Made by a program: the position numbers and the translations under genes. A stretch of 40,000 bases of DNA from Blastocatellia bacterium (GTDB taxonomy: Bacteria > Acidobacteriota > Blastocatellia > UBA7656): assembly GCA_963726785.1 (NCBI GenBank), contig CAVSDJ010000007.1, positions 2,169,248 through 2,209,247 of the forward strand, written 5' to 3'. Shown here piece after piece: positions 19,245 to 27,841 of this stretch; the first letter of the stretch is position 1; every line of letters begins with the position of its first letter. The notes beneath the pieces were generated by a model, which saw nothing but the letters and a program-made list of their open reading frames with translations, was not told the DNA's origin and ran no database searches.

Positions 19245-21744
19245 ATGCCCTTAATGGCGTTCTTCGTGACGGCCCTTCTGCTGTCTGCTTCCGACTCGCT
19301 TGCTTTCAAGCAAAGCGGCATAGCAGAAAGCAACCGCCAGTCATCGGAAGTCTGCAAGAAAAGCGGAAGAGTTGTTCCAAGACGCTTTGCTTCTGTCTGC
19401 CACTAAAGACAGCGAATCAACACGCCAGCGACTGCAAGAGGCCATGCGTTTATGGGCGCAGATAGGTAAGCCGGAAAAAGCAGCGCAGGCGGCTCTGCAG
19501 GTGGGAGATCGCTATAAACAGGTCAGGAAATATCAAGATGCCCTGTATTGTTACAAGCAGGCATTAGGCGTAAAATCACTCCCCGGCTCAATCAGGCTGA
19601 ACGCCTTGAATGCCCTCGCACTGTTTTATGCTCAACTGTATCAAAGCGATTTGGCGCTGCATTATTTCACCGAATCCCTCAAGCAGGCGCGCGCCATTAA
19701 AGATCTCTCGGCGCAGGTATTTGCCTTAACCAGACTGGCCAATCTTTATTATCAGCAGGGTGATAAGGCGCAAGCCCTGGCCCAGATCACGAAAGCGCAG
19801 AAGTTAAACGAGCAAAGGAATGCTGATGCTGATCCGGCCTTGCTGTATCTGCTTGGTCAGATTCGCCAGGAAGAAGGATCGATTGAGGATGCGAAAGGCG
19901 CTTTTGAAGAAGCTTTGGCGATCTATAGAAAACAGGGCAATGTCGAGGGGGAAGTCAGAACATTATGTTCGATTTCAACTATCTCCTTGCTCGCTTCGCA
20001 GAAGGAAGAAGCTCTCAAACAAGCCGTACAGGCTGTTGAACTGGCGGACAAAAATTACAAACGAATGGTGAGCGCTGAGGATAAAGCGAGCGCCAGAGAA
20101 TTGCAATGGCGCTCACTGGCCAGCCGCGCACGCGCAGAGCGCGCAGTTGGGAAAACGGATAAAGCGATCAAACTTATGAATTTGCGGTAGCTCAGTTCGA
20201 GGGTGTGTGGTTGGGCCGCTATATAGCCACAGAAGCCAGTTCGATTGCTTCAAGAGAAGAAGCTCAGAGGGCATATCGCGAACTCGTAGATGTCTTGATG
20301 GAACAGGGGAAAATCGAGAAGGCGTATGCGTATGTAGAACACGCCAAAGCTCGGGCGATAATGAATTTGACCAAAGCACAACAGGCGACGCCGACGCCCG
20401 ACAGTAGTAAGCAAGCAGCAACCCTGCCTGATCCATCTCAATTAATCGCCCACAAGCCCTCTTCAAACCTCAACCCGGAACGACAAGCGCGACTTCAAAA
20501 AGATAAAAGCGACGTAGAACGTAAGCTGCAAGAGGAGCAGGTACAAGCTGAAATAGGTCATTCCAGAGAGCGTCTTGTCTGGGCGAGCCTTGCCAAAACC
20601 GATCAACTGCAAAAACAGATGGCGGGGAATCAGACGGCGCTGGTGGAATTTTTTTTGGACGAGAACCGCTCATTCGTCTGGTTGTTTACGCGTGGCGAGG
20701 TCTTTGTTAAGACCCTTCCGGCTGGTAAAGAAATCGAGAAAGCGGTCAGGTCGTATTTAGAAACTCTCGCCGCCATCCCCAGATCGCCTGGGCAGAGAAA
20801 GGGATCAGACCAAACTGAGAGATCAAGCCGAAGCGCTTTTCTCTGATCTGTTCGGCAGCTTGTCCAGGCAGCTTGAGCCGGGCCAACGGTTAATCGTGGT
20901 GCCCGATGGCTTGCTTCATTATTTGCCTTTCGAGACGTTGATTCATAACGAACGCTATTTAATCGAAGATCATGAGATCAGCTACAGTCCATCCACGAGT
21001 ATGTTGGGTGTATTACAGGATTCAAGAAACAGAGTTGATAGCGAGGATAGCATGGAGATTCTTGCTGTTGGCGACCCGGTCTTCGAGCCGGGGTCGAAAG
21101 CCATTGGCGGCAAGGGGATGAGATACGGTTCAAATAAGATGATGCGACAGAGGGCTGCCGCTCGCGGATTCAGTTTACCGCCGCTGCCAAGGACGCGGGA
21201 TGAGGTTCAGTTTATAGCCAGCCTCTTTCCCGCCGACCGGCGAAAGCTGCTTACGGGAATGGCAAGCACTGAGGGGGCCATCAAGCACGAATCGCTGCGT
21301 CGCTACCGGCGCTTGCATTTTGCAACTCATAGCCTGATTGACGAGAGATCGCCTTTGCGCTCCGCCGTGGCGCTGACACCGGATAATAATTCGGGAGAAG
21401 ATGGCTTTCTCGAAATGAGTGAGATTTCGAGGCTGAATTTGGATTGTGATTTGGTGGTTGTGAGCGCTTGTCAGACGGGACGCGGGCAACTGCTATCAGG
21501 AGAAGGGATTGTCGGATTGAGTTGGGCATTCTTGAGGGCCGGTGCGCGTTCGGTCGTCGTGAGTCTATGGAACGTCACCGACATTTCAACTAGCCAACTG
21601 ATGAAGAATTTCTATCAAAATATGACTGACGGATTAAGCAACTCAGCGGCTTTGCGAAAGGCGAAACTCCAGATGCTCAATAGCGGCAAAGGGACGAATC
21701 ATCCGTACTACTGGTCGGCCTTTGTCATAGTTGGCAAGCCTTAG
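19245..21744 (+). pseudogene. TPR-CHAT domain protein gene split into four frames (three frameshifts)
   Basis: Signal peptide MPLMAFFVTALLLSASDSLA (frame of 19074 ORF), TPR repeats (19372-20190), middle region (20205-20846) and a classical CHAT domain (20860-21744: HFATHS...VVVSACQTG). Protein sense continues across each junction in an adjacent frame. Confidence 0.7.
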
Positions 21745-22381
21745 AGCAAAGCGGCTCAAACGTTTGATGTGCGAATGTATGGGTCTACCAACTGAACAAA
21801 GTCTGGTTAAGGCGAGCAAGGAAACCGATTGGGCCGATTGGATTTGGCAAATCACCCTTGGCAATGCGACCGCCGAAGAGGAACTGTTTCGCCGGTACAA
21901 AGATGGCATTGCCATCATCATTGGCCGCATCGTTCATAACGAGTCTGTCACCGAAGATCTCTCTCAGGAGACGTTTAGAATATCGCTGGAGAAGATCAGG
22001 GATGGCGATGTGCGCGAACCCAAAAGGCTCTCCGGTTTCATCTGCGGCGTGGCGCGAAACCTGGCCCTTGACTACGTCCGCAAAATGCGACGACTGACGA
22101 ATCAGGAAGAGGTATTTGACGCCGAACAGATTCGTGATCCGCAACCGGATCAGTTTGAACAGCTCTGGCGCAAAGAAAGAGCTGAGATTGTGCGAAAGGT
22201 GATAAACGATATAAAAGTTGACCGCGACAGGGAAGTGCTTTTCCGTTACTACATCGCCGAAGAAGATAAAGACCAGATATGCGCCGATCTGAGTCTGACC
22301 AGTCACCAGTTCAACAGTGTCATTTTCAGGGCGCTCAAGCGCTACAAGAAGCTTTACATAAAGCGGTTTGGCAAACCCTGA
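21731..22381 (+). CDS. ECF-type sigma-70 family factor
   Basis: Region 2 (EELFRRYKDGIAIIIGRIV...DLSQETFRISL) and region 4 (REVLFRYYIAEEDKDQICADLSLTSHQFNSVIFRALKRY). True start may be an internal ATG near 21767. Confidence 0.75.
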   Translation: MASLRAKRLKRLMCECMGLPTEQSLVKASKETDWADWIWQITLGNATAEEELFRRYKDGIAIIIGRIVHNESVTEDLSQETFRISLEKIRDGDVREPKRLSGFICGVARNLALDYVRKMRRLTNQEEVFDAEQIRDPQPDQFEQLWRKERAEIVRKVINDIKVDRDREVLFRYYIAEEDKDQICADLSLTSHQFNSVIFRALKRYKKLYIKRFGKP

Positions 22382-22453
22382 CAAAGATTTTCAAATGTGC
22401 TGTCATAATTACATATTTATGAACACTTTCAGTTTAGGGTTATTTTAATAGCA

Positions 22454-23332
22454 ATGGAACATGAGGAAATAGACAAATTCAACCTCATTGATCGCTATTT
22501 GATGGGGAAGTTGCTGGCAGAAGAGCGCGCCTGCTTCGAGGAGCATTTTGTTGATTGCCCGCAATGCATTGCCCATCTACAAACGACGAAAAACTTCATG
22601 CAAGACCTGCGATTTGTCGCGGCGGAGCAAGCGTCTCAAATAAATCGTCACCAGCCGAAAAAAGCATTCTGGAGGTTTCCGCAAGTCCTATTGGGTAAGC
22701 CCATGGCGACGGCAATGGGTTGTTTGTTGATCGCGGCTGCCATCAGCGGGTTTTTTTTAGTAAACCACACGCGACGTTTGCGGGCTGAGATAAATCAAGC
22801 AGAAAGTCTCTCTAAGCAATGGGAACAACTATATGAGCAAGCTATTTCGGCGGACAGGAAGCATCAGGAGACGGAGTTGCAACAGGCCGAGCAATTGCGA
22901 GCCCTGGAAGCAAGGCTGAAGGATGAGGAAGCGCAACGCACAAAAATAGCGGCAGAACTCGGTCGGCAGATGCACTCGGAAGGCAATCTGCCCATATTCG
23001 TTTTGGCTTCTATCAGAGGCGGTGGGCCGAATACTTCTGAAGCGATTAATCAAATTACCGTTTCCCGCTCGTCCGCAATGTTTGCTTTTTACATACCGCT
23101 TGAAGGGGAACTGCAATTTAAAAATTATCGCATAACAATTGATGATCGTAATAGTCTTGTTTGGAAAAGCCGCAATTTGACACCAGACCTGAAATCAGAC
23201 TCTCTTTCTATCTGGTTCAAACGAGAGCGCTTCCGGCCCGGCGATTACTCTTTGACGGTCGAGGGCTTCGAAAAGGAGGGCGGAAAGGCCATCATTGGCA
23301 AATATCCTTTCTCGATCACGAAGACGCCTTGA
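22454..23332 (+). CDS. Anti-sigma factor (zf-HC2) with TM helix and coiled coil
   Basis: 292 aa. FEEHFVDCPQCIAHLQ motif, TM MATAMGCLLIAAAISGFFLV, Gln/Glu-rich coiled segment. Directly downstream of the ECF sigma. Confidence 0.7.
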   Translation: MEHEEIDKFNLIDRYLMGKLLAEERACFEEHFVDCPQCIAHLQTTKNFMQDLRFVAAEQASQINRHQPKKAFWRFPQVLLGKPMATAMGCLLIAAAISGFFLVNHTRRLRAEINQAESLSKQWEQLYEQAISADRKHQETELQQAEQLRALEARLKDEEAQRTKIAAELGRQMHSEGNLPIFVLASIRGGGPNTSEAINQITVSRSSAMFAFYIPLEGELQFKNYRITIDDRNSLVWKSRNLTPDLKSDSLSIWFKRERFRPGDYSLTVEGFEKEGGKAIIGKYPFSITKTP

Positions 23333-23797
23333 GATTGGATGTTTCAAGGAGTTGATAATAGAGGCGTGCTAAATTTTTTTTTAACATTCCTGTAATAATT
23401 TTCAGTTCTCAATCACTTTATGATTGGACATAGCCCGGTAAAGAGGTACCGCTTTGCTTGGGTCTTATACAGCGAAGCTTCAGCCAGTTCAGGTTGTTCA
23501 AGCCATCAACCTGATCAGTGGGCTGGTAGGTTGCTTGGATGAGTTTGTACAAGCAACACTGGGAGAACCGTGTGGCAAGGGTAGTTACTACACATCGTGA
23601 AAGCTTTCCGATGTGGCCCAGAGGGTTCCCTTGCCACACAGTTCCTCTGCTGTGCCAGCTTTAATTGGCTCAACTCAACATCAGATGGTGGATAGAGATA
23701 TCCGTCCATCTGGCTGAAATACGCTCACAGCCTCATTCAAACGGTTGTGGTGCAAATTTAAGGAAGAGGATTAGCAATCAGAATTCAGTGATCAATC

Positions 23798-24050
23798 TTA
23801 TGCAGCCAACACTGTTTCCCATATCAGAGGTGCTCGCTCTTTACTGAGTGAAATATCGAACTGCCCTCTCTTGATCTTATGCTCTAATTCAATCCCGCCA
23901 ATAGTGACTGCTGCATTCTCGAACTTCTTGAATCCGCGCATTGGATAAATTCGCTGTTTCACTCGCCTGCGCTGCCTGATTCATCTCAATTAGATTTTCA
24001 ATGTAGACGGGGACATAAGACGGATTGATTTGGTTGAGGGATTCACCCTG
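23798..24050 (-). pseudogene. Decayed C-terminal remnant of an IS6-family-like DDE transposase
   Basis: Minus-strand translation gives RRRVKQRIYPMRGFKKFENAAVTIGGIELEHKIKRGQFDIS, resembling the IS26/IS6 C-terminus (GFKS...GIE...RKGQ) from memory. Upstream part (ENLIEMNQ) is in another frame with stops, and the N-terminal half is absent. Confidence 0.5.
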
Positions 24051-24093
24051 TCATAGAGTTCCCTACATAGACTGAAATCTAACTTGGAAAATG

Positions 24094-24324
24094 CTATAAG
24101 CCAGGGTCGTCTATCGGCCTGAGACAACCTAACATACACTCACACCGTTCTTCGGCATTACCTGGAGATGGAAACATCTTAGCGCAGGCCGCTGTACATT
24201 CCGGGTCAAACTGGGCATTCGGCGGCGGATTCATTAGACATGGGTCTGGTTCACTAGAACTCGCCATAGCAGTAAAGACAAATGCCAATAAGATAACTAA
24301 CAGAATTATAGCCCTTCTCGTCAT
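24094..24324 (-). CDS. Small secreted cysteine-rich protein
   Basis: 76 aa. AAAGGAG RBS, signal peptide AIILLVILLAFVFTAMASS, 7 Cys including CTAAC and RCECMLGC. Confidence 0.6.
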   Translation of the reverse strand: MTRRAIILLVILLAFVFTAMASSSEPDPCLMNPPPNAQFDPECTAACAKMFPSPGNAEERCECMLGCLRPIDDPGL

Positions 24325-24554
24325 AATACTCTCCTTTCTAGGTAGCGCGTTCTATGTCAAAAAATTATTAGAGTCAATTGGAAAGAAGATTACATTTGGA
24401 ACAAGCCTGCCTGGGCAACTTCTCTTACTGAATGCCCCTGACATACTGGCTTGGAATGAGTTGGTAGCTTACACAACCTTTCATTGCAAAATCTCTTGTT
24501 GCTGTTCTAGACTAGCACCCATCAGTTTTACTTTTAACCTCGGAGGTGATTTCA

Positions 24555-24659
24555 ATGCGTAAAATGAAAACATTCGTAGCAGTTCTGATGGCGGTATTTG
24601 TATTGGGTGGTGAAGGTTTAAGGTTTTACAGAATATTTTTATCAATAAACTTTTCCTGA
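24555..24659 (+). CDS. Possible 34-codon signal-peptide-like micro-ORF
   Basis: Strong GGAGGTG RBS 6 nt before ATG. MRKMKTFVAVLMAVFVLGG. Overlaps the convergent ORF 24626-24874 by 34 nt. May be a gene remnant. Confidence 0.3.
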   Translation: MRKMKTFVAVLMAVFVLGGEGLRFYRIFLSINFS

Positions 24660-24874
24660 TCCTTTTGAGGTATCGGGGCTGGGGTGAGGAGGGCTATTGC
24701 TTTTTCTATACCGCCAATTTCATCGTGGCAAAAGCATTTACATCTGCGGCATCCGTGTCCGTGCTTTTCGCACCACGTACATATCTTCGCTATACCTTTC
24801 AGTTCATCTAATATTTTCAGCCTATCTTTGGCGATAACTTGATTGGTGTGTCTTGCGAATAAAATCTTTAACAT
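24626..24874 (-). CDS. Hypothetical Cys/His-rich small protein
   Basis: 82 aa ORF with CTWCEKHGHGCRRCKCFCH cluster. Same strand as intI and downstream of it. No family recognised. Confidence 0.4.
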   Translation of the reverse strand: MLKILFARHTNQVIAKDRLKILDELKGIAKICTWCEKHGHGCRRCKCFCHDEIGGIEKAIALLTPAPIPQKDQEKFIDKNIL

Positions 24875-24883
24875 TATCTGGGT

Positions 24884-25120
24884 TTACGAGGCTGCCGGGT
24901 CTTTCATACATCTCACCTCGCCGTCATCGTAAACAAACTCATATTCAAACTCTTTCTCCCACTCCTCAGCAGCTATGTTGTTGGGGGCGTTGGTCATTGA
25001 AGAGAAAGAAGATTGTTTTCCAGTAGGTAGATAAGCATCTTGGCGCGGGCGTGGATGTATCAATGGGCAACCTGGTGTCCAGACTCGAAGGCCATTCGAA
25101 AGCACTGAATGATGCGTCAA
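24884..25120 (-). CDS. Hypothetical small acidic protein (start uncertain)
   Basis: 78 aa by the ORF track using TTG at 25120, 6 nt after the intI stop. An internal ATG at 24997 would give 37 aa. No RBS seen. Confidence 0.3.
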   Translation of the reverse strand: MTHHSVLSNGLRVWTPGCPLIHPRPRQDAYLPTGKQSSFSSMTNAPNNIAAEEWEKEFEYEFVYDDGEVRCMKDPAAS

Positions 25121-25125
25121 AAGGA

Positions 25126-26082
25126 TCAGCTTCTGTCCAAAGGACTCCTCACACCTTTTCCTCCTCGATTCAGTACGTGCGTGTAGATCATCGTAGTGCT
25201 TACGTCTTGATGGCCCAGCAATTCTTGCACGGTACGTATATCGTAGCCGTCCTCTAACAAGTGGGTAGCAAAGCTATGTCGAAATGTGTGGCAACTACCG
25301 GGCTTGCTAATGCCCGCTGTTCGTATTGCTGCTTTGACCGCTTTCTGTAACACTTGCTCATTCACATGGTGGCGTCGCACTGCTTGAGAGCGCGGGTCAA
25401 TAGAGCGCTTCGATGCCGGAAAGACATACTGCCAGTGCCATTCCCGGTTGGCATTGCGATATTTCCTCTCCAGAGCGAAAGGCAAGTAAGCCTCGCCGTA
25501 TCCTTCATCAAGGTCAAGCTTGTGAAGGGCTTTAACTTTAGCCAGATGCCTGTGCATTTGTGGTCTGACAGAGTCAGGTAGTATGGTGACGCGGTCCCTC
25601 CCGCCTTTGCCATCGCGGACTATTACCTGACTCATGCTGAAATCCAAATCTTTGACGCGGAGTCTCAGACACTCCATCAATCTCAGACCAGAGCCGTACA
25701 AGAGGCTTGCCATCAGCCAAAGCGAGCCATCGAGGTGACCTAAAATAGCCTGTACTTCCGCCTTGGTGAAGACGACAGGCAACCTTGAAGGCTTCTGAGC
25801 CCGCTCTACATTGTCAAGCCAGTCTAGCGGCTGTTTAAGAACATCTCTGTAAAGGAACAGGATAGCGCTCATAGCCTGATTCTGAGTAGAAGCAGCAACA
25901 TTCCTATCTAAAGCGAGGTGAGAAAGGAAGGCAGTGACTTCAAGGTGGCCCATATCAGAAGGGTGGCGTTTGTTGTGGAATAGGATAAACTCTTTAACCC
26001 ATCGGAGGTAAGCTTGTTCAGTCCTGATGCTGAAATGTCTAACTCGGATGGTGTTGCGAACCTGATCGAGAAGTTTAGGCAT
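25126..26082 (-). CDS. intI: Integron integrase (tyrosine recombinase)
   Basis: 318 aa. Box [17 protein letters not shown], box [41 protein letters not shown], and the integron-specific extra segment [30 protein letters not shown]. Divergent from an attC array. Confidence 0.93.
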   Translation of the reverse strand: MPKLLDQVRNTIRVRHFSIRTEQAYLRWVKEFILFHNKRHPSDMGHLEVTAFLSHLALDRNVAASTQNQAMSAILFLYRDVLKQPLDWLDNVERAQKPSRLPVVFTKAEVQAILGHLDGSLWLMASLLYGSGLRLMECLRLRVKDLDFSMSQVIVRDGKGGRDRVTILPDSVRPQMHRHLAKVKALHKLDLDEGYGEAYLPFALERKYRNANREWHWQYVFPASKRSIDPRSQAVRRHHVNEQVLQKAVKAAIRTAGISKPGSCHTFRHSFATHLLEDGYDIRTVQELLGHQDVSTTMIYTHVLNRGGKGVRSPLDRS

Positions 26083-26170
26083 AAAAAGTAAGAAAAGACG
26101 TATAACTAAGCGAAAGGCTGCTAAGTTATATTTAAGAGATAAGGATACCGGGAATGAGGTAGATTATACG

Positions 26171-26223
26171 TCGTAAAAGAAGTAAAATTCTACTTCTTTT
26201 ACGAGGTCTACTTCTAGTTAGAC
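26171..26223 (+). other. Candidate attI site
   Basis: GTTAGAC at 26217-26223 is the first R-type box after intI and the first cassette sequence starts at its TT. It is preceded by GTCTAC (26206-26211, imperfect inverse), a third TACTTCT copy, and a perfect 14 bp inverted repeat at 26171-26184 / 26191-26204. Confidence 0.6.
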
Positions 26224-26428
26224 AGTCGCGTACGAAATAGAGTGAGTACTCGCACGCCTCCGCGCCGCTAGTGGGCGACATTGTTCCGAGTCACCGCCGC
26301 GCCGCAGTAGCGTTAGGCTGAATATGCAAATAGAAAGAATGAGCAGCATCATGCTAGCTAACACTGTAGGATTGATTCGGCAGCAAGCGGCGCGGCAGTG
26401 CGCGCAGAGGCGTGTGACAAGACACGAT
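26218..26428. other. ORF-less cassette, family S1 copy 1 (cassette 1)
   Basis: 211 bp. Shares blocks tcgcgtacgaaat, acgccNccg, cgccgcgccgcag, gcaagcggcgcggc, gacacgat with 33149-33357, 38107-38317 and 38664-38872. Confidence 0.85.
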
Positions 26429-26531
26429 GTCTAACTATTGCATGCAGCGGAGCGCAGTATGCAAATTTCACATGGTTCGCACTAGCTGAGTCGGTCAACA
26501 GCCCCGCGCCCGCTGATGCCGGGCGTTGGGC
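26429..26531 (+). repeat. attC site 1 (103 bp class)
   Basis: R'' GTCTAAC at 26429, L''/L' GCAGCGGAGCGC...GCGCCCGCTGAT, R' GTTGGGC at 26525. Confidence 0.85.
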
Positions 26532-26565
26532 GGCTATTCTCGACAACAGTCAGATGAGGTGAACC

Positions 26566-26979
26566 ATGAAAGCGAAAATAATATGCTTAACTTTACTGTT
26601 ATTTCTAGGAGGCTGCGAGAGCTACTCAGGAAATAAAGAAAGTGCGCGTAAATTGGCAGAGGGTGGAGAGTGGATAGTTAAATTCACGGAATTTGATAAG
26701 GTTCCGGAAAGGCGCAATCCCGATGGTACTACAACAACTACAACTTTTGGCTCGGCTTGTGCATATTGTGAAGGTGAGGAGGGTATTCAGGTTAGGATCG
26801 GCAAGAATCCAGACCCATATGACGTTGGAGATGAGGCACTATGCATCTTGAAATCCCATCCTCAATTTGCAGACTTTGCGCGATTACGTAGAGGGGACAA
26901 AGTACGTTTTGAGTTTACAGATACTCCGATTCAGACTGTATGCAGAACCGATGGCATGTTCATAAAACTTAAACGGTAG
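26566..26979 (+). CDS. Cassette-encoded lipoprotein, unknown function
   Basis: 137 aa. Lipobox LFLGGC after MKAKIICLTLL. AGGTGA RBS. Cassette 2. Confidence 0.7.
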   Translation: MKAKIICLTLLLFLGGCESYSGNKESARKLAEGGEWIVKFTEFDKVPERRNPDGTTTTTTFGSACAYCEGEEGIQVRIGKNPDPYDVGDEALCILKSHPQFADFARLRRGDKVRFEFTDTPIQTVCRTDGMFIKLKR

Positions 26980-27024
26980 GATTACTATATTCCTGAAAGG
27001 TTCTTCTGGATTGATATACACGCC

Positions 27025-27117
27025 GCCCAACAATCGCATGCAGTGGAGCGCGGCGAGCGAATTTCTTATCATACTTTCAGTGTTATGCGCCGCGCCCACT
27101 GATGCGCGGCGTTAGGC
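27025..27117 (+). repeat. attC site 2 (93 bp)
   Basis: R'' GCCCAAC at 27025, GCAGTGGAGCGCGG...CCGCGCCCACTGAT, R' GTTAGGC at 27111. Confidence 0.8.
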
Positions 27118-27157
27118 TTGCTTAAACAGTTCGCCGACAACTTGAGTAATTCGCACT

Positions 27158-27841
27158 ATGACTTGGAAAGATTATCAGGAAGAGACCGCTGAGTTTTTTC
27201 GCTCTCTTGGCCTAGAAGCCCAGACGGATGCAAGAGTCCAAGGAGTTCGTACGCAGCACGATATTGACGTACTGGTTAAATCGCACCACGCCGGCTTTGA
27301 GGTAACCTGGATCGTTGAATGCAAGAAATGGAATACAAGAGTTTCAAAGCTTCATGTTCTAGCACTTCGCGAAATAGTGAGCGACCTAGGTGCGGATAGA
27401 GGTATCTTACTCTCGGAAAGCGGATTTCAAAGCGGAGCCATCGAGGCAGCTAACTTGACAAATGTTCAAGTCACCTCTCTTTCGGAAGCCCGAATCAAAT
27501 CTGAGCATGACATCAATGCTATGCGCCTACGCGACCTTTACGACCGCACAGAGACCTGCAAGGCAAGGTACTGGGATATTCCTAAATACACTCGAATTGA
27601 GCATGGTCTGCGTCCAGATGTCGGAGCGATTGGCTACTCTGGTAATATCGTAATATCGGCTGCGGAAGAGTTGCTGAGCAAAGGCTTACGAGGCAAATAC
27701 CCTTTCACTGTCGATGCGATGATTCATCCCCCTTTAGCTAAGGTTCCAGAGACGATTACATCTGCTAGACAAATAATTAAAATAGTGGACGTGATGATTA
27801 CTGATCTAGAATCAAAGCTGGACGGTGCAACGCAAGCCTAA
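27158..27841 (+). CDS. Mrr-like restriction endonuclease domain protein (PD-(D/E)XK)
   Basis: 227 aa. HDIDVLV...WIVECKKW...GILLSESGFQSGAIEAA matches the D...(E/Q)xK layout of the Mrr_cat family. Stop TAA lies in attC R''. Cassette 3. Confidence 0.7.
   Translation: MTWKDYQEETAEFFRSLGLEAQTDARVQGVRTQHDIDVLVKSHHAGFEVTWIVECKKWNTRVSKLHVLALREIVSDLGADRGILLSESGFQSGAIEAANLTNVQVTSLSEARIKSEHDINAMRLRDLYDRTETCKARYWDIPKYTRIEHGLRPDVGAIGYSGNIVISAAEELLSKGLRGKYPFTVDAMIHPPLAKVPETITSARQIIKIVDVMITDLESKLDGATQA

Noticed and set aside
21785-22384. 199 aa ORF antisense to the ECF sigma factor gene
   Set aside because: It is a shadow ORF exactly coextensive with a well-supported sigma-70 family gene on the opposite strand, with no recognisable motifs. 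Similar antisense shadows were discarded at 5515-5997, 6135-6590, 8688-9098, 14048-14644 and 15553-16041.
26358-26546. Minus-strand ORFs of 60-140 aa spanning attC sites (also 27798-27989, 29107-29466, 30420-30620, 32329-32739, 37594-37878, 38320-38511, 39253-39453), with recurring peptides such as APLHAVVR and TPSISGAA
   Set aside because: The shared peptides are simply translations of the conserved attC repeat. The ORFs cross cassette boundaries, lack RBSs and have no conserved sequence outside the repeat.
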